From a virus (Duplodnaviria > Caudoviricetes): DNA of 34,697 bases. Positions 1 to 7,726 of this stretch are shown in pieces. A model generated the notes under the pieces. It did not search any database and was not told the origin of the DNA. It saw only the letters and a list, made by a program, of their open reading frames with translations. Every line of letters starts with the position of its first letter. The first letter of the stretch is position 1. The stretch is taken from the IMG/VR virus record IMGVR_UViG_3300046011_003663, positions 1 to 34,697 of that record. One strand, written 5' to 3'. Position numbers and translations under genes: made by a program.

Positions 1-126
1 TGGGTTTCTGGTAACGCAAGTGTTTCTGGTGACGCAGAGGTTTATGGTAACGCATGGGTTTCTGGTAACGCATGGGTTTATGATAACGCATGGGTTTATG
101 ATAACGCAGAGGTTTATGGTAACGCA
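1..126 (+). repeat. Terminal direct repeat, left copy (assembly overlap)
   Basis: Identical to 34571..34696; the next base differs (t at 127, c at 34697). Confidence 0.9.
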
Positions 127-198
127 TGGGTTTATGGTAACGCAAGGGTTTATGATAACGCAAGTGTTTCTGGTAACGCAGAGGTTTATGGTAACGTA
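1..198 (+). repeat. 18-bp coding tandem array, 11 units (NNN gtt tMt gRt Rac gca)
   Basis: Read directly; encodes [WSER]V[SY][GD][ND]A; the last unit ends gta. Confidence 0.97.
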
Positions 199-408
199 AC
201 ATCTACAAAAAAAGTTTTTACTTTAAATTTTGTTTATCAATTAACAATGACTGATTTACATATTAGATATGGATGTATTCAAAAAACATTTCAAGAGTGG
301 CGAAATTGGTTAGATTCTGATGAGGAATTTGAAACTAAACGCACATGTAAAAAATTTGAATTAATTAAAATGAGTTTAGAATTAGCATTAAAACAAGCAG
401 AATTATGA
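1..408 (+). CDS. C-terminal part of hexapeptide-repeat (left-handed beta-helix-like) protein, continued from 34241
   Basis: Frame 1 open from base 1 to TGA 406-408; repeats then VTSTKKVFTLNFVYQLTMTDLHIRYGCIQKTFQEW...; ATGA overlap with the next gene; missing from the ORF track. Confidence 0.9.
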   Translation, partial: WVSGNASVSGDAEVYGNAWVSGNAWVYDNAWVYDNAEVYGNAWVYGNARVYDNASVSGNAEVYGNVTSTKKVFTLNFVYQLTMTDLHIRYGCIQKTFQEWRNWLDSDEEFETKRTCKKFELIKMSLELALKQAEL

Positions 409-731
409 AATTAATAATATTAATTAGCAGTTGGGTAATCCTAACTGCTAGTACTTTCAAAAGCACATGGTATGGTAAATCTTTTCATGGTCAATATACA
501 TTTTCAGGTGAAGTATTTGATATGAATAAATTAACGTGTGCTTCTAATCACTTTGCAATAGGTACTAAACTAAAAGTAATAAATTTAGAAAATAAAAAGA
601 GTGTTATTGTAAGAGTTAATGATCGTGGGGCTATGGATAAATATATTATTGATTTATCACAAGGAGCATTTAAACGAATTGCTAATTTAGATGTTGGAAT
701 AATTAATGTAAAAGTAAAAATAATTAAATAA
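405..731 (+). CDS. rlpA: RlpA-like double-psi beta-barrel protein (septal lytic transglycosylase family) with signal peptide
   Basis: STWYG..FHG..TFSGE.FDM..LTCA, VIVRVNDRG and IIDLS..AF motifs; hydrophobic N-terminus. Confidence 0.88.
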   Translation: MKLIILISSWVILTASTFKSTWYGKSFHGQYTFSGEVFDMNKLTCASNHFAIGTKLKVINLENKKSVIVRVNDRGAMDKYIIDLSQGAFKRIANLDVGIINVKVKIIK

Positions 732-738
732 TTAATAA

Positions 739-1380
739 ATGAAAGTAGAATTATTAAATATATTCGGAAATGATATTATGGTTTGCGAATCAGCAAGAGT
801 ATCATACTCAAAAGAAGCAAGTAATTATACCGAAGAACAGAATCATAAATTGATTAAGTATTTAGCTAATCATAATCACTGGAGTCCATTTAGTCATCCA
901 AAGATTCAGTTTAGGTTAACAATGCCAATCTATGTAGAACGTCAGATTATAAAAACACAAGTAGGAGTAGAATATAATTCAATATCAGGAAGATATGTTG
1001 ACTTTTCTGATACATACACAACAATAGATACTTGGAGAAAACAATCGAAAGATAGTAAACAAGGAAGTAAAGGAAATTTAGGAACTTATGATAATATTAC
1101 AGCAAGTTTTATTCAAGAGCAAGTTTTAGCGGTATGTAAAGATGGTTATAAAACATTAATTGCACTTGGTGTAAGTAAAGAGCAAGCGAGAACTATTTTA
1201 CCTTTAAACCTAAACACAACTCAAATTTGGACTGGTAGTTTGTATTCTTTCATTAGATTGTGTAAACAAAGATTGAAGCCTGATGCTCAACAAGAAACTC
1301 GAGAACTTGTGCAAATGATGTTAAATCAAGTGAATGAAAATGGAAGTTTTAAATATTCATTAAAAGCATTTGAATTATAA
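739..1380 (+). CDS. thyX: FAD-dependent thymidylate synthase ThyX
   Basis: ARVSY, HWSPFSH, SGRY, EQARTILP and QR...DAQQETRE motifs. Confidence 0.93.
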   Translation: MKVELLNIFGNDIMVCESARVSYSKEASNYTEEQNHKLIKYLANHNHWSPFSHPKIQFRLTMPIYVERQIIKTQVGVEYNSISGRYVDFSDTYTTIDTWRKQSKDSKQGSKGNLGTYDNITASFIQEQVLAVCKDGYKTLIALGVSKEQARTILPLNLNTTQIWTGSLYSFIRLCKQRLKPDAQQETRELVQMMLNQVNENGSFKYSLKAFEL

Positions 1381-1571
1381 TGTTTTGTCCTTCATGCAAA
1401 AAAGAATTGTCATGTGGTTGCAAATCATGTGCCGAAATACCCGCAAAGTTTAAAAGAAACATAATGAAAGGAGATACAATACAATGTGGTTATTGTAACT
1501 TTAAAAGCAGTCACGATGTGTGGTTAGATTATGAATACAGTCAATATGATAAAAACAAATTAAAAGAATAA
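1380..1571 (+). CDS. Small Cys-rich putative zinc-binding protein
   Basis: CPSC, CGCKSC, CGYC; TAATG coupling to thyX. Confidence 0.7.
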   Translation: MFCPSCKKELSCGCKSCAEIPAKFKRNIMKGDTIQCGYCNFKSSHDVWLDYEYSQYDKNKLKE

Positions 1572-1574
1572 AAA

Positions 1575-1838
1575 ATGAATGAAAATAAAAAAAATACCAT
1601 GAATAATATATTTAGAGCTTGTCTATTAATGCAATCAACTCTTCATAGATTAGAGAATATTCAAGGAGAAGTGCCATTTGTTAGAGAAAATAAAGCAAGG
1701 CTAAATAATACTATTAAATGGTTAGAAAGTATAGTTTGTGAGCTTACAGAAAATTTAAGTATTGCAGAAGCAAATGAATATATACAATTAATTGCAAGTA
1801 TTGATAATTTTGCAGAACAAATAGAATTAGAATTTTAA
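1575..1838 (+). CDS. Hypothetical protein
   Basis: ORF tightly packed in the operon. Confidence 0.7.
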   Translation: MNENKKNTMNNIFRACLLMQSTLHRLENIQGEVPFVRENKARLNNTIKWLESIVCELTENLSIAEANEYIQLIASIDNFAEQIELEF

Positions 1839-1852
1839 ACCAATAAATAAAC

Positions 1853-2191
1853 ATGAAAACACAAGGACAATTAATCGTAAAAAACGATGAGCAAGTAATT
1901 ACTGAAAAGTTTACAAAAAGGGATTTTGTAATAAGAACAAACGACAAATATCCACAAGATATTCAATTTCAGCTTTCACAAGGAAATGTAGATTTAATTG
2001 ATGCTATTCGATTAGGTGAACAAATAGAAGTTGAGTTTAATTTACGTGGTAAAGAATATAACGGACGTTATTACGTTACATTAGATGCGTGGAAAATATC
2101 AATCCAACAAGGAAATACACAAACATCACAACCGCTGCCTATACAAATGGCACAAGAAAGTAAAAATGAATCACAAGATCTGCCTTTCTAA
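1853..2191 (+). CDS. DUF3127-like single-stranded DNA-binding protein
   Basis: F.KRDFVI...YPQ.I.FQL, V.FNLRGKEY, TLDAWKI; acidic DLPF C-terminal tail. Confidence 0.85.
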   Translation: MKTQGQLIVKNDEQVITEKFTKRDFVIRTNDKYPQDIQFQLSQGNVDLIDAIRLGEQIEVEFNLRGKEYNGRYYVTLDAWKISIQQGNTQTSQPLPIQMAQESKNESQDLPF

Positions 2192-2358
2192 TGAACAAAG
2201 CAAGATTAACAAAAAATAGACTCACAATAAACTGGACGGGTATAAGTAAAATTATACCTGTTCAATTTGCTGAGGTTTCATACAAACGATTTAAATTTAG
2301 AGAAAATCGAAAAGGAGTTTTTAACAATAAAAAATATATAAATGAAGAAAATGATTGA
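2191..2358 (+). CDS. Small basic hypothetical protein (55 aa, MNKARLTKNRLTINW...)
   Basis: Translated by hand; fills the gap and overlaps both neighbours. Confidence 0.6.
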   Translation: MNKARLTKNRLTINWTGISKIIPVQFAEVSYKRFKFRENRKGVFNNKKYINEEND

Positions 2359-3010
2359 ATTAGGCACAAAACTATACGGTAAATTTGATTTAGATAAATA
2401 CATTACAAAAGATAAAGAATATGTTGTAATAGATTTTAATAAAGAAAGTATAATATATCTAGCTGATAATGGACACAAAATGACTGTTAATTATAATAAT
2501 ATAAGTGATTATTTTGATTATAATATAATAGAAATACCAAAAAAAGATTCAATAGTTGAAGAAGTAGTAAAACAATTTCGTAAACGTAGTGAATTAGGTA
2601 TAACAAAATACGGAACTACTTTAGCAGAAAATGAAAATGATAATTTTTTAATTCATCTTCAGGAAGAGCTTATGGATGCAGTTAATTATATCGAAAAGCT
2701 AAAGAGTCAACAAAATACTTCTACTAAAAACAATGTATTAGTTTGGGCAGAAGATAAAGATTTAATTCATGAAGAAAATGCACCTAAACAATTAATAAAG
2801 CTCCAGGAGGAAGTAGGCGAATTATGTAGTGCTTATTTGAAAGGAAATAAAGCTGAACAAATAGATGCACTTGGAGATATTAGAGTAGTTATTACAATAC
2901 TTGCTGCACAATTAGATTTAGATATAGATGCTTGTTTTGATATAGCTTATAACGAAATAAAAGATAGAAAAGGAGTAACCACGAATGGAACATTTATTCG
3001 AGAAAAATAA
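2342..3010 (+). CDS. MazG-like nucleotide pyrophosphohydrolase fusion protein (start may be 2351)
   Basis: C-terminal KLQEEVGEL..DALGDIRVV..AYNEIKDRKG (phage MazG-like); central RSELGITKYGTTL..HLQEELMDAVNY second helical domain. Confidence 0.8.
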   Translation: MKKMIELGTKLYGKFDLDKYITKDKEYVVIDFNKESIIYLADNGHKMTVNYNNISDYFDYNIIEIPKKDSIVEEVVKQFRKRSELGITKYGTTLAENENDNFLIHLQEELMDAVNYIEKLKSQQNTSTKNNVLVWAEDKDLIHEENAPKQLIKLQEEVGELCSAYLKGNKAEQIDALGDIRVVITILAAQLDLDIDACFDIAYNEIKDRKGVTTNGTFIREK

Positions 3011-3021
3011 ACAAATAAAGG

Positions 3022-3189
3022 ATGAAAATAACAACAAATAAAATAATTAAAGAATTAGTCAAGAAATATTATTACGATCAAGAATTATTGATGGAAGATG
3101 AATCTGCAAAAGATTTGATTAAACATGTTCGAAACGTAATAAACGAAATATTAATACAACAAAAATCAATAAGCATAAAAGGCAAATGA
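3022..3189 (+). CDS. Hypothetical protein (55 aa)
   Basis: Translated by hand, MKITTNKIIKELVKKYYY...; ATGA overlap with the next ORF. Confidence 0.6.
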   Translation: MKITTNKIIKELVKKYYYDQELLMEDESAKDLIKHVRNVINEILIQQKSISIKGK

Positions 3190-3386
3190 AACAAATAATT
3201 GAAAACGTATCACATTCTCAATTATCAATAGCAAGATACTACGGAGGTGCTAATATAGATGGTGTATATTACCACTATTGCAATCAAACGGATAGATTGA
3301 TAAGATATGATTATTGGAAGCAATACAAACGTTTAAACAAGCCTAAAAAAAACGAAGAAAATAACCAGTTAAATTTAGAATTATGA
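3186..3386 (+). CDS. Hypothetical protein
   Basis: ATGA-coupled on both sides. Confidence 0.7.
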   Translation: MKQIIENVSHSQLSIARYYGGANIDGVYYHYCNQTDRLIRYDYWKQYKRLNKPKKNEENNQLNLEL

Positions 3387-3562
3387 CTTTAGAACAACAA
3401 ATAGAACAATTGAAAAAAGACCTTACAGGTAATCTAATGCAAGACATAGATACACAAGGCAAAATTTACGAACTAAAAAAACAAATAGCAAAACAACAAG
3501 GTATAACAGTAGATGTATACGATAGTAACAACAATGAACAATGTGATTCATGCGGTAGTTAA
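3383..3562 (+). CDS. 59-aa protein with C-terminal CxxCGS
   Basis: MTLEQQIEQLKKDLTGNLMQDIDTQGKIYELKKQIAKQQGITVDVYDSNNNEQCDSCGS; ATGA overlap; below the ORF-track cutoff. Confidence 0.75.
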   Translation: MTLEQQIEQLKKDLTGNLMQDIDTQGKIYELKKQIAKQQGITVDVYDSNNNEQCDSCGS

Positions 3563-3585
3563 ATAAAAAACATTATATTTATACT

Positions 3586-3637
3586 TTCATTCATAGATTT
3601 AGTTTTAGCCCTTGCATTAATTTGTAAGGGTTTTTTT
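3586..3637 (+). ncRNA. Candidate small RNA 1 (approximate ends)
   Basis: TATATTTA promoter-like motif 3574-3581, body ttcattcatagatttagtttt, then a terminator. Confidence 0.3.
3608..3637 (+). terminator. Intrinsic terminator
   Basis: gcccttgca-ttaatt-tgtaagggt stem followed by a T run. Confidence 0.8.
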
Positions 3638-3640
3638 ATT

Positions 3641-3648
3641 TATATTTG
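3641..3648 (+). promoter_or_regulatory. Bacteroidota -7 promoter element for the terminase operon
   Basis: TATATTTG matches TAnnTTTG, immediately after the terminator. Confidence 0.65.
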
Positions 3649-3653
3649 TTAGA

Positions 3654-3740
3654 ATGAAAACACAACGAACATTTAAATACTACTACATAGAAAACGAATT
3701 CTATAAAGGTGGAATAGAAATAATAATATTTTTAAACTAA
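3654..3740 (+). CDS. 28-aa, possibly leaderless ORF coupled to terS
   Basis: MKTQRTFKYYYIENEFYKGGIEIIIFLN; TAATG overlap with the terS start. Confidence 0.45.
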   Translation: MKTQRTFKYYYIENEFYKGGIEIIIFLN

Positions 3741-4201
3741 TGGGAAAAAACGGCAATATACATCCTACTCGAATATTCAAAGAACCAAATGAATTGCTTA
3801 ATGCTTTCAACGAATATAAACAATACGTACAAGAACAAAGCAAAGAATGGTTAAAAGTTCAATACGTAGGCAAAGAAGGTCAAAGAATGGAAGATGCAAT
3901 GAAAATACCTTTGACAATTGAAGGATTTAAAGTTTTTTGTTATAAAAAATACGGAACAATAGATCAATATTTAAAAAATCAAGATAAAATCTATAATGAC
4001 TTTATTCCTATCTGTTCATACATCAAAGAAGAAATACGAGAAAATCAAATCATAGGTGGTATGTTAGGTATCTTCAATCCGAGCATTACACAACGTTTAA
4101 ATGGACTGAAAGAGCAAACAGATGTAACAACAGATGGAGAGCAATTAAATAGTGTAAAAATAGAGATTGTAAGACCTGATGAAAGCGACGATAGTATTTG
4201 A
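3740..4201 (+). CDS. terS: Terminase small subunit (P22 gp3-like DNA-packaging protein)
   Basis: PLTIEGF, QIIGGMLGIFNPSITQRLNGLKE, DVTTDGE; directly upstream of terL. Confidence 0.85.
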   Translation: MGKNGNIHPTRIFKEPNELLNAFNEYKQYVQEQSKEWLKVQYVGKEGQRMEDAMKIPLTIEGFKVFCYKKYGTIDQYLKNQDKIYNDFIPICSYIKEEIRENQIIGGMLGIFNPSITQRLNGLKEQTDVTTDGEQLNSVKIEIVRPDESDDSI

Positions 4202-5558
4202 GAAAAATTGGAATGCTATTCAGGAACAAAATAAAGATGGATCTAACAAATATAGATACATTATAAACGTAGGTAGTTCACGTAGTAGTAAAACAGTATC
4301 TTTAATCCAATTGCATCACTTATACGCATTACAGAATCCAAATAAACGCATGACTATTTGGAGAGATACAAAGCATGATTGCAGACAAACAATACTACAA
4401 GATGCTATTCGCTATTTACGTGAAAATAATATGTATCAAAAAGGATTTACATTAAATAAAACAGAAGGTAAATTTTTCTATAATAACTTTTCAAGTGTTG
4501 AATTCTTAGGTACAGATGATGAAGAAAAGATACATGGACTTACACAAGACTGTTGTTGGATTAATGAACCTTACAATATTTCACTAACTACATTTAACCA
4601 ATTAGATCAACGTACTAGTGATTTTGTATTTATTGATTACAATCCGAAAAAAGGTCATTGGGTAGAAGATTTAATGAAAGATAAAAGAAGTCTTATAATA
4701 CACTCTACATTTAAAGATAATCCATTTTGTCCAGCTGAAAGTAGAAACAAAATACTTTCTTACCAACCATTAGAAATGTGTGAAGCTGTTTTAAATAACG
4801 TTTTAAACGTTTCTGAAGCATTTTCGTATAACTTTGAACAAAACATTAAGCAATTAAATAAAAATCAAATTATAGAGCTTCAAAGATGTTTAGATAACGA
4901 AAACAAAAATAGTGCTTCTAAATTCAACTGGGAAGTTTACGGACTTGGTTTGAAATCTGAGAAACCTAATAGAATATTTAAATGGTCAGAAATAAGCGAA
5001 CATGAATATCATCAACTTGATGCACCTGTTTATTATGGTTGTGACTGGGGGGCTGTTGATCCATGGGCTGTTGTTGAAGTCAAATATTATGACGGTGCTA
5101 TATACGTACATGAAAAGAATTACGATAGTGAAAATATTATTAGAGAAAAGTTACAATCTAACCAACGTAATGAAATAACGAACTACGAACTTTCCGAAGG
5201 AGTAAACGAAGGTATAGTTATTTATATGTTTAAAAAGTTAGGTATACTAGAAGATAGACCTATTATATGTGATTCAAATAGACCTTTAAAAATAGCTATG
5301 CTTAGAAGATTTGGTTATGATGGCCATGTTGCATACAAAGGTACTATTATAGATAGGATTGACTTAATGAACAATATTAAGATATATTATACTTCAAGTT
5401 CTACCAATATTAAGCATGAACAAGAAAATTATTCACGTAAAGTTGATAGACATGGAATTACGTTAGAAGAGCCTGAAGATAATAATAACCATACAATGGA
5501 TGCTATATCTTATGTTGTATTACATTTACAAAGAGAAGGAGTGTTAAGGGTTTTATAG
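4179..5558 (+). CDS. terL: Terminase large subunit, PBSX-like
   Basis: Walker A GSSRSSKT, Walker B WINEP, FIDYNP, nuclease GCDWG and NHTMDAISY. Confidence 0.93.
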   Translation: MKATIVFEKNWNAIQEQNKDGSNKYRYIINVGSSRSSKTVSLIQLHHLYALQNPNKRMTIWRDTKHDCRQTILQDAIRYLRENNMYQKGFTLNKTEGKFFYNNFSSVEFLGTDDEEKIHGLTQDCCWINEPYNISLTTFNQLDQRTSDFVFIDYNPKKGHWVEDLMKDKRSLIIHSTFKDNPFCPAESRNKILSYQPLEMCEAVLNNVLNVSEAFSYNFEQNIKQLNKNQIIELQRCLDNENKNSASKFNWEVYGLGLKSEKPNRIFKWSEISEHEYHQLDAPVYYGCDWGAVDPWAVVEVKYYDGAIYVHEKNYDSENIIREKLQSNQRNEITNYELSEGVNEGIVIYMFKKLGILEDRPIICDSNRPLKIAMLRRFGYDGHVAYKGTIIDRIDLMNNIKIYYTSSSTNIKHEQENYSRKVDRHGITLEEPEDNNNHTMDAISYVVLHLQREGVLRVL

Positions 5559-6764
5559 ATTTACCCCTAACAATTCATTTATTTGTTTATCTTCAAATCC
5601 AGCATCTTTTAATGTTTTAATGCTTTCAGTTAGTAATTTGTTTACTCGAGCTTTCTCAACTTGATTTTCTTGTAGTACTGGAATATGTGAGTAGTCTAGT
5701 TCTAACCATTCAGTTTTACCATCTAAGTTAAACATTGTGGAATGATTCATAGCTATTTCTTCAGCTTCAGGAATAATTGTACTTTGATATGTTTGTTTTA
5801 ATGCTTCTTTTTGATTCTCAAAAGTTGCTCCTTTGGTACTAGCAAACAAATCTCTTTTTACTCCATAAGCATCGCATATTTGACAAAAATCATTTTCATC
5901 CTCTTCAAATAACATTAAGTCTTTTGTTGGAAATGATATTGACTGCCATTTAAGATTTGATGAAGCCATTATTATAGAGCTTTTACCTTCTTGAATTCCG
6001 TAATCTTTTTGAAATTCTTGTTCTATTCTTAAACGTTCATCTTTAGGTATTGCAACGTGTCCAGCTTGATCCTTTGATTCGTTAGATAAAATACCAATTG
6101 CCCCTTTTTTTGCCATCAAAGTATTTCTAAATCTTAAACCTAATCTAAGATTTGATATTGGCATATATAAATTATGCAATGGGCTTTCACCCTGTAAAGG
6201 ATTTTTTGAGTTTTGAATCCAAACATGATTTATATCTTTTACTTCTAATTTCTCATTACTAGAAATAATTTCATAATGTTGAATAATATCTTCAATATTA
6301 CTTTGTTTAAACCATTTATTAAACGTTTTAATCCTTACATCATAACTTGGTAGAATAGTTAATAATAATGGATTTGATAAAGAATAAGGTTTTACCTGAT
6401 ATGTATATACGTTACCGTAAACACACTTATTTTCATTTAATAGCCTTAGATAGTCATTACCTTTATATAATGGGTTAGGATTCTCTAAAGTATTTACTAT
6501 TTCACTATTATCTACTTCTACCTTTTGACCATTTACTAACTTATAATGTTTCCATTGACCAGAAGCTAATAAATCTCCTCTTCTTTGTATTACAGCCCAT
6601 AGATGCGGAGTAGTTGAATAAATATCATAAGCATCTATATTTTCAGGATCGATAAAGTCATTACCATTTAAAGATAATAGATTAACACCTTGCATTTGTG
6701 GGTTAGAATCGTATCTTTTGAATCCAAAATTGAAGCCTAAGCGTTCTGTTAGTTTAATAAACAT
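5553..6764 (-). CDS. Portal protein (HK97-like), inverted orientation
   Basis: ENPNP, YGNVY, GESPL, ICDAYGV, ATFENQKEA, TIIPEAE, LDYSHIPVLQE; 403 aa; between terL and the protease. Confidence 0.92.
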   Translation of the reverse strand: MFIKLTERLGFNFGFKRYDSNPQMQGVNLLSLNGNDFIDPENIDAYDIYSTTPHLWAVIQRRGDLLASGQWKHYKLVNGQKVEVDNSEIVNTLENPNPLYKGNDYLRLLNENKCVYGNVYTYQVKPYSLSNPLLLTILPSYDVRIKTFNKWFKQSNIEDIIQHYEIISSNEKLEVKDINHVWIQNSKNPLQGESPLHNLYMPISNLRLGLRFRNTLMAKKGAIGILSNESKDQAGHVAIPKDERLRIEQEFQKDYGIQEGKSSIIMASSNLKWQSISFPTKDLMLFEEDENDFCQICDAYGVKRDLFASTKGATFENQKEALKQTYQSTIIPEAEEIAMNHSTMFNLDGKTEWLELDYSHIPVLQENQVEKARVNKLLTESIKTLKDAGFEDKQINELLGVNL

Positions 6765-6771
6765 ATCTAAA

Positions 6772-6790
6772 TTGATTAATTTTTAGTCAA
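6772..6790. promoter_or_regulatory. Palindromic site TTGATTA-N5-TAGTCAA (copy 1)
   Basis: Between the portal -7 element and the portal start codon. Confidence 0.55.
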
Positions 6791-6795
6791 AAATA
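6788..6795 (-). promoter_or_regulatory. -7 promoter element for the portal gene
   Basis: Minus strand reads TATTTTTG, about 24 nt upstream of the portal ATG. Confidence 0.55.
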
Positions 6796-6826
6796 ACAAA
6801 TATTATTTTTTTTATTTACTTTTACA

Positions 6827-6845
6827 TTGATTAAAATATAATCAA
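6827..6845. promoter_or_regulatory. Palindromic site TTGATTA-N5-TAATCAA (copy 2)
   Basis: Perfect 7-bp arms just before the head-operon ATG at 6847; 6828-6846 identical to 11352-11370. Confidence 0.6.
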
Positions 6846-6846
6846 A

Positions 6847-6915
6847 ATGGATATTAAGAAGATTAAGAAGGAAAAACTTAAGATTATCAAAGAAACTCAA
6901 ATAGTAAAGAAATGA
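6847..6915 (+). CDS. 22-aa Lys-rich peptide coupled to the prohead protease
   Basis: MDIKKIKKEKLKIIKETQIVKK; ATGA overlap with 6912. Confidence 0.5.
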   Translation: MDIKKIKKEKLKIIKETQIVKK

Positions 6916-7721
6916 CATTTGAAGAAGTATTTAAGAATAAAGATCTAATTATTGCACAAAAGAAAAACGCTATCAAACGTGGTGATTTTGTAATGAATGT
7001 ATCTTTAATTGAAGAAAAAGAAAGTGCAAATAAAGCAGAAGATATTTCTTTAAGTGTGGAAAATCCAACTGTATTACGTGCTAAATTGGTTATTAATACC
7101 ACAAACGTAATAGATAGCCACATGGATTGTCATATTCAAGGTATTTGGAAGAAATCTTTACAAGAATCAAAAACTTTGTATTTATTACAAGAACATGAAA
7201 TGGAATTTGATAAGATTATATCAGATTCAGTAAAAGATGAATTAAAAGCATATACTAAAGTAATTCCTTTCAAAAAACTTGGTTTTAACTATGATGGAAA
7301 TACAGAAGCTTTAGTTTTTGATACTCAAATAAAACAAGAGGTTAATCCTTTTATGTTTGATTTATACAAAAAAGGTCGTGTATACAATCATTCTGTAGGA
7401 ATGCGATATGTTAAGTTGTACCTATGTATTAATTCAAACGAAGCAGAATATTCAGCTGAAAAGGAAAACTGGAATAAATACTATCCTATGGTAATTAATA
7501 AAGAAGTAGCTGACGAAAAAGGTTTCTTTTGGGCGGTTACTGAAGCAAAAGTTATCGAAGGTAGTGCAGTAATTAAAGGAAGTAATGAATTTACTCCAGT
7601 AATGGAAATTGAAATTGAGAAAGAAGCCGAGCAAATCACTTCTGAAACAAATATAAACGAGCCGTCACAAGACACTCAAAGCAACAAAAAACAACAATTT
7701 TTTATTAATCTATTAAATTAA
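6912..7721 (+). CDS. Prohead maturation protease-like protein
   Basis: IDSHMD, LLQEH, HSVGMRY, EGSAV..GSN..TP; directly before the capsid gene. Confidence 0.8.
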   Translation: MTFEEVFKNKDLIIAQKKNAIKRGDFVMNVSLIEEKESANKAEDISLSVENPTVLRAKLVINTTNVIDSHMDCHIQGIWKKSLQESKTLYLLQEHEMEFDKIISDSVKDELKAYTKVIPFKKLGFNYDGNTEALVFDTQIKQEVNPFMFDLYKKGRVYNHSVGMRYVKLYLCINSNEAEYSAEKENWNKYYPMVINKEVADEKGFFWAVTEAKVIEGSAVIKGSNEFTPVMEIEIEKEAEQITSETNINEPSQDTQSNKKQQFFINLLN

Positions 7722-7726
7722 ACAAA

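Noticed and set aside
1-198. DGR-type adenine mutagenesis (variants are often A versus non-A)
   Set aside because: No reverse transcriptase or TR/VR pair; other adenines in the unit never vary; only 2-4 recurring alleles per site
6772-6846. Invertible promoter switch between palindrome copies 1 and 2
   Set aside because: No recombinase seen and the spacers differ; an operator role is simpler. Not fully excluded without read data.
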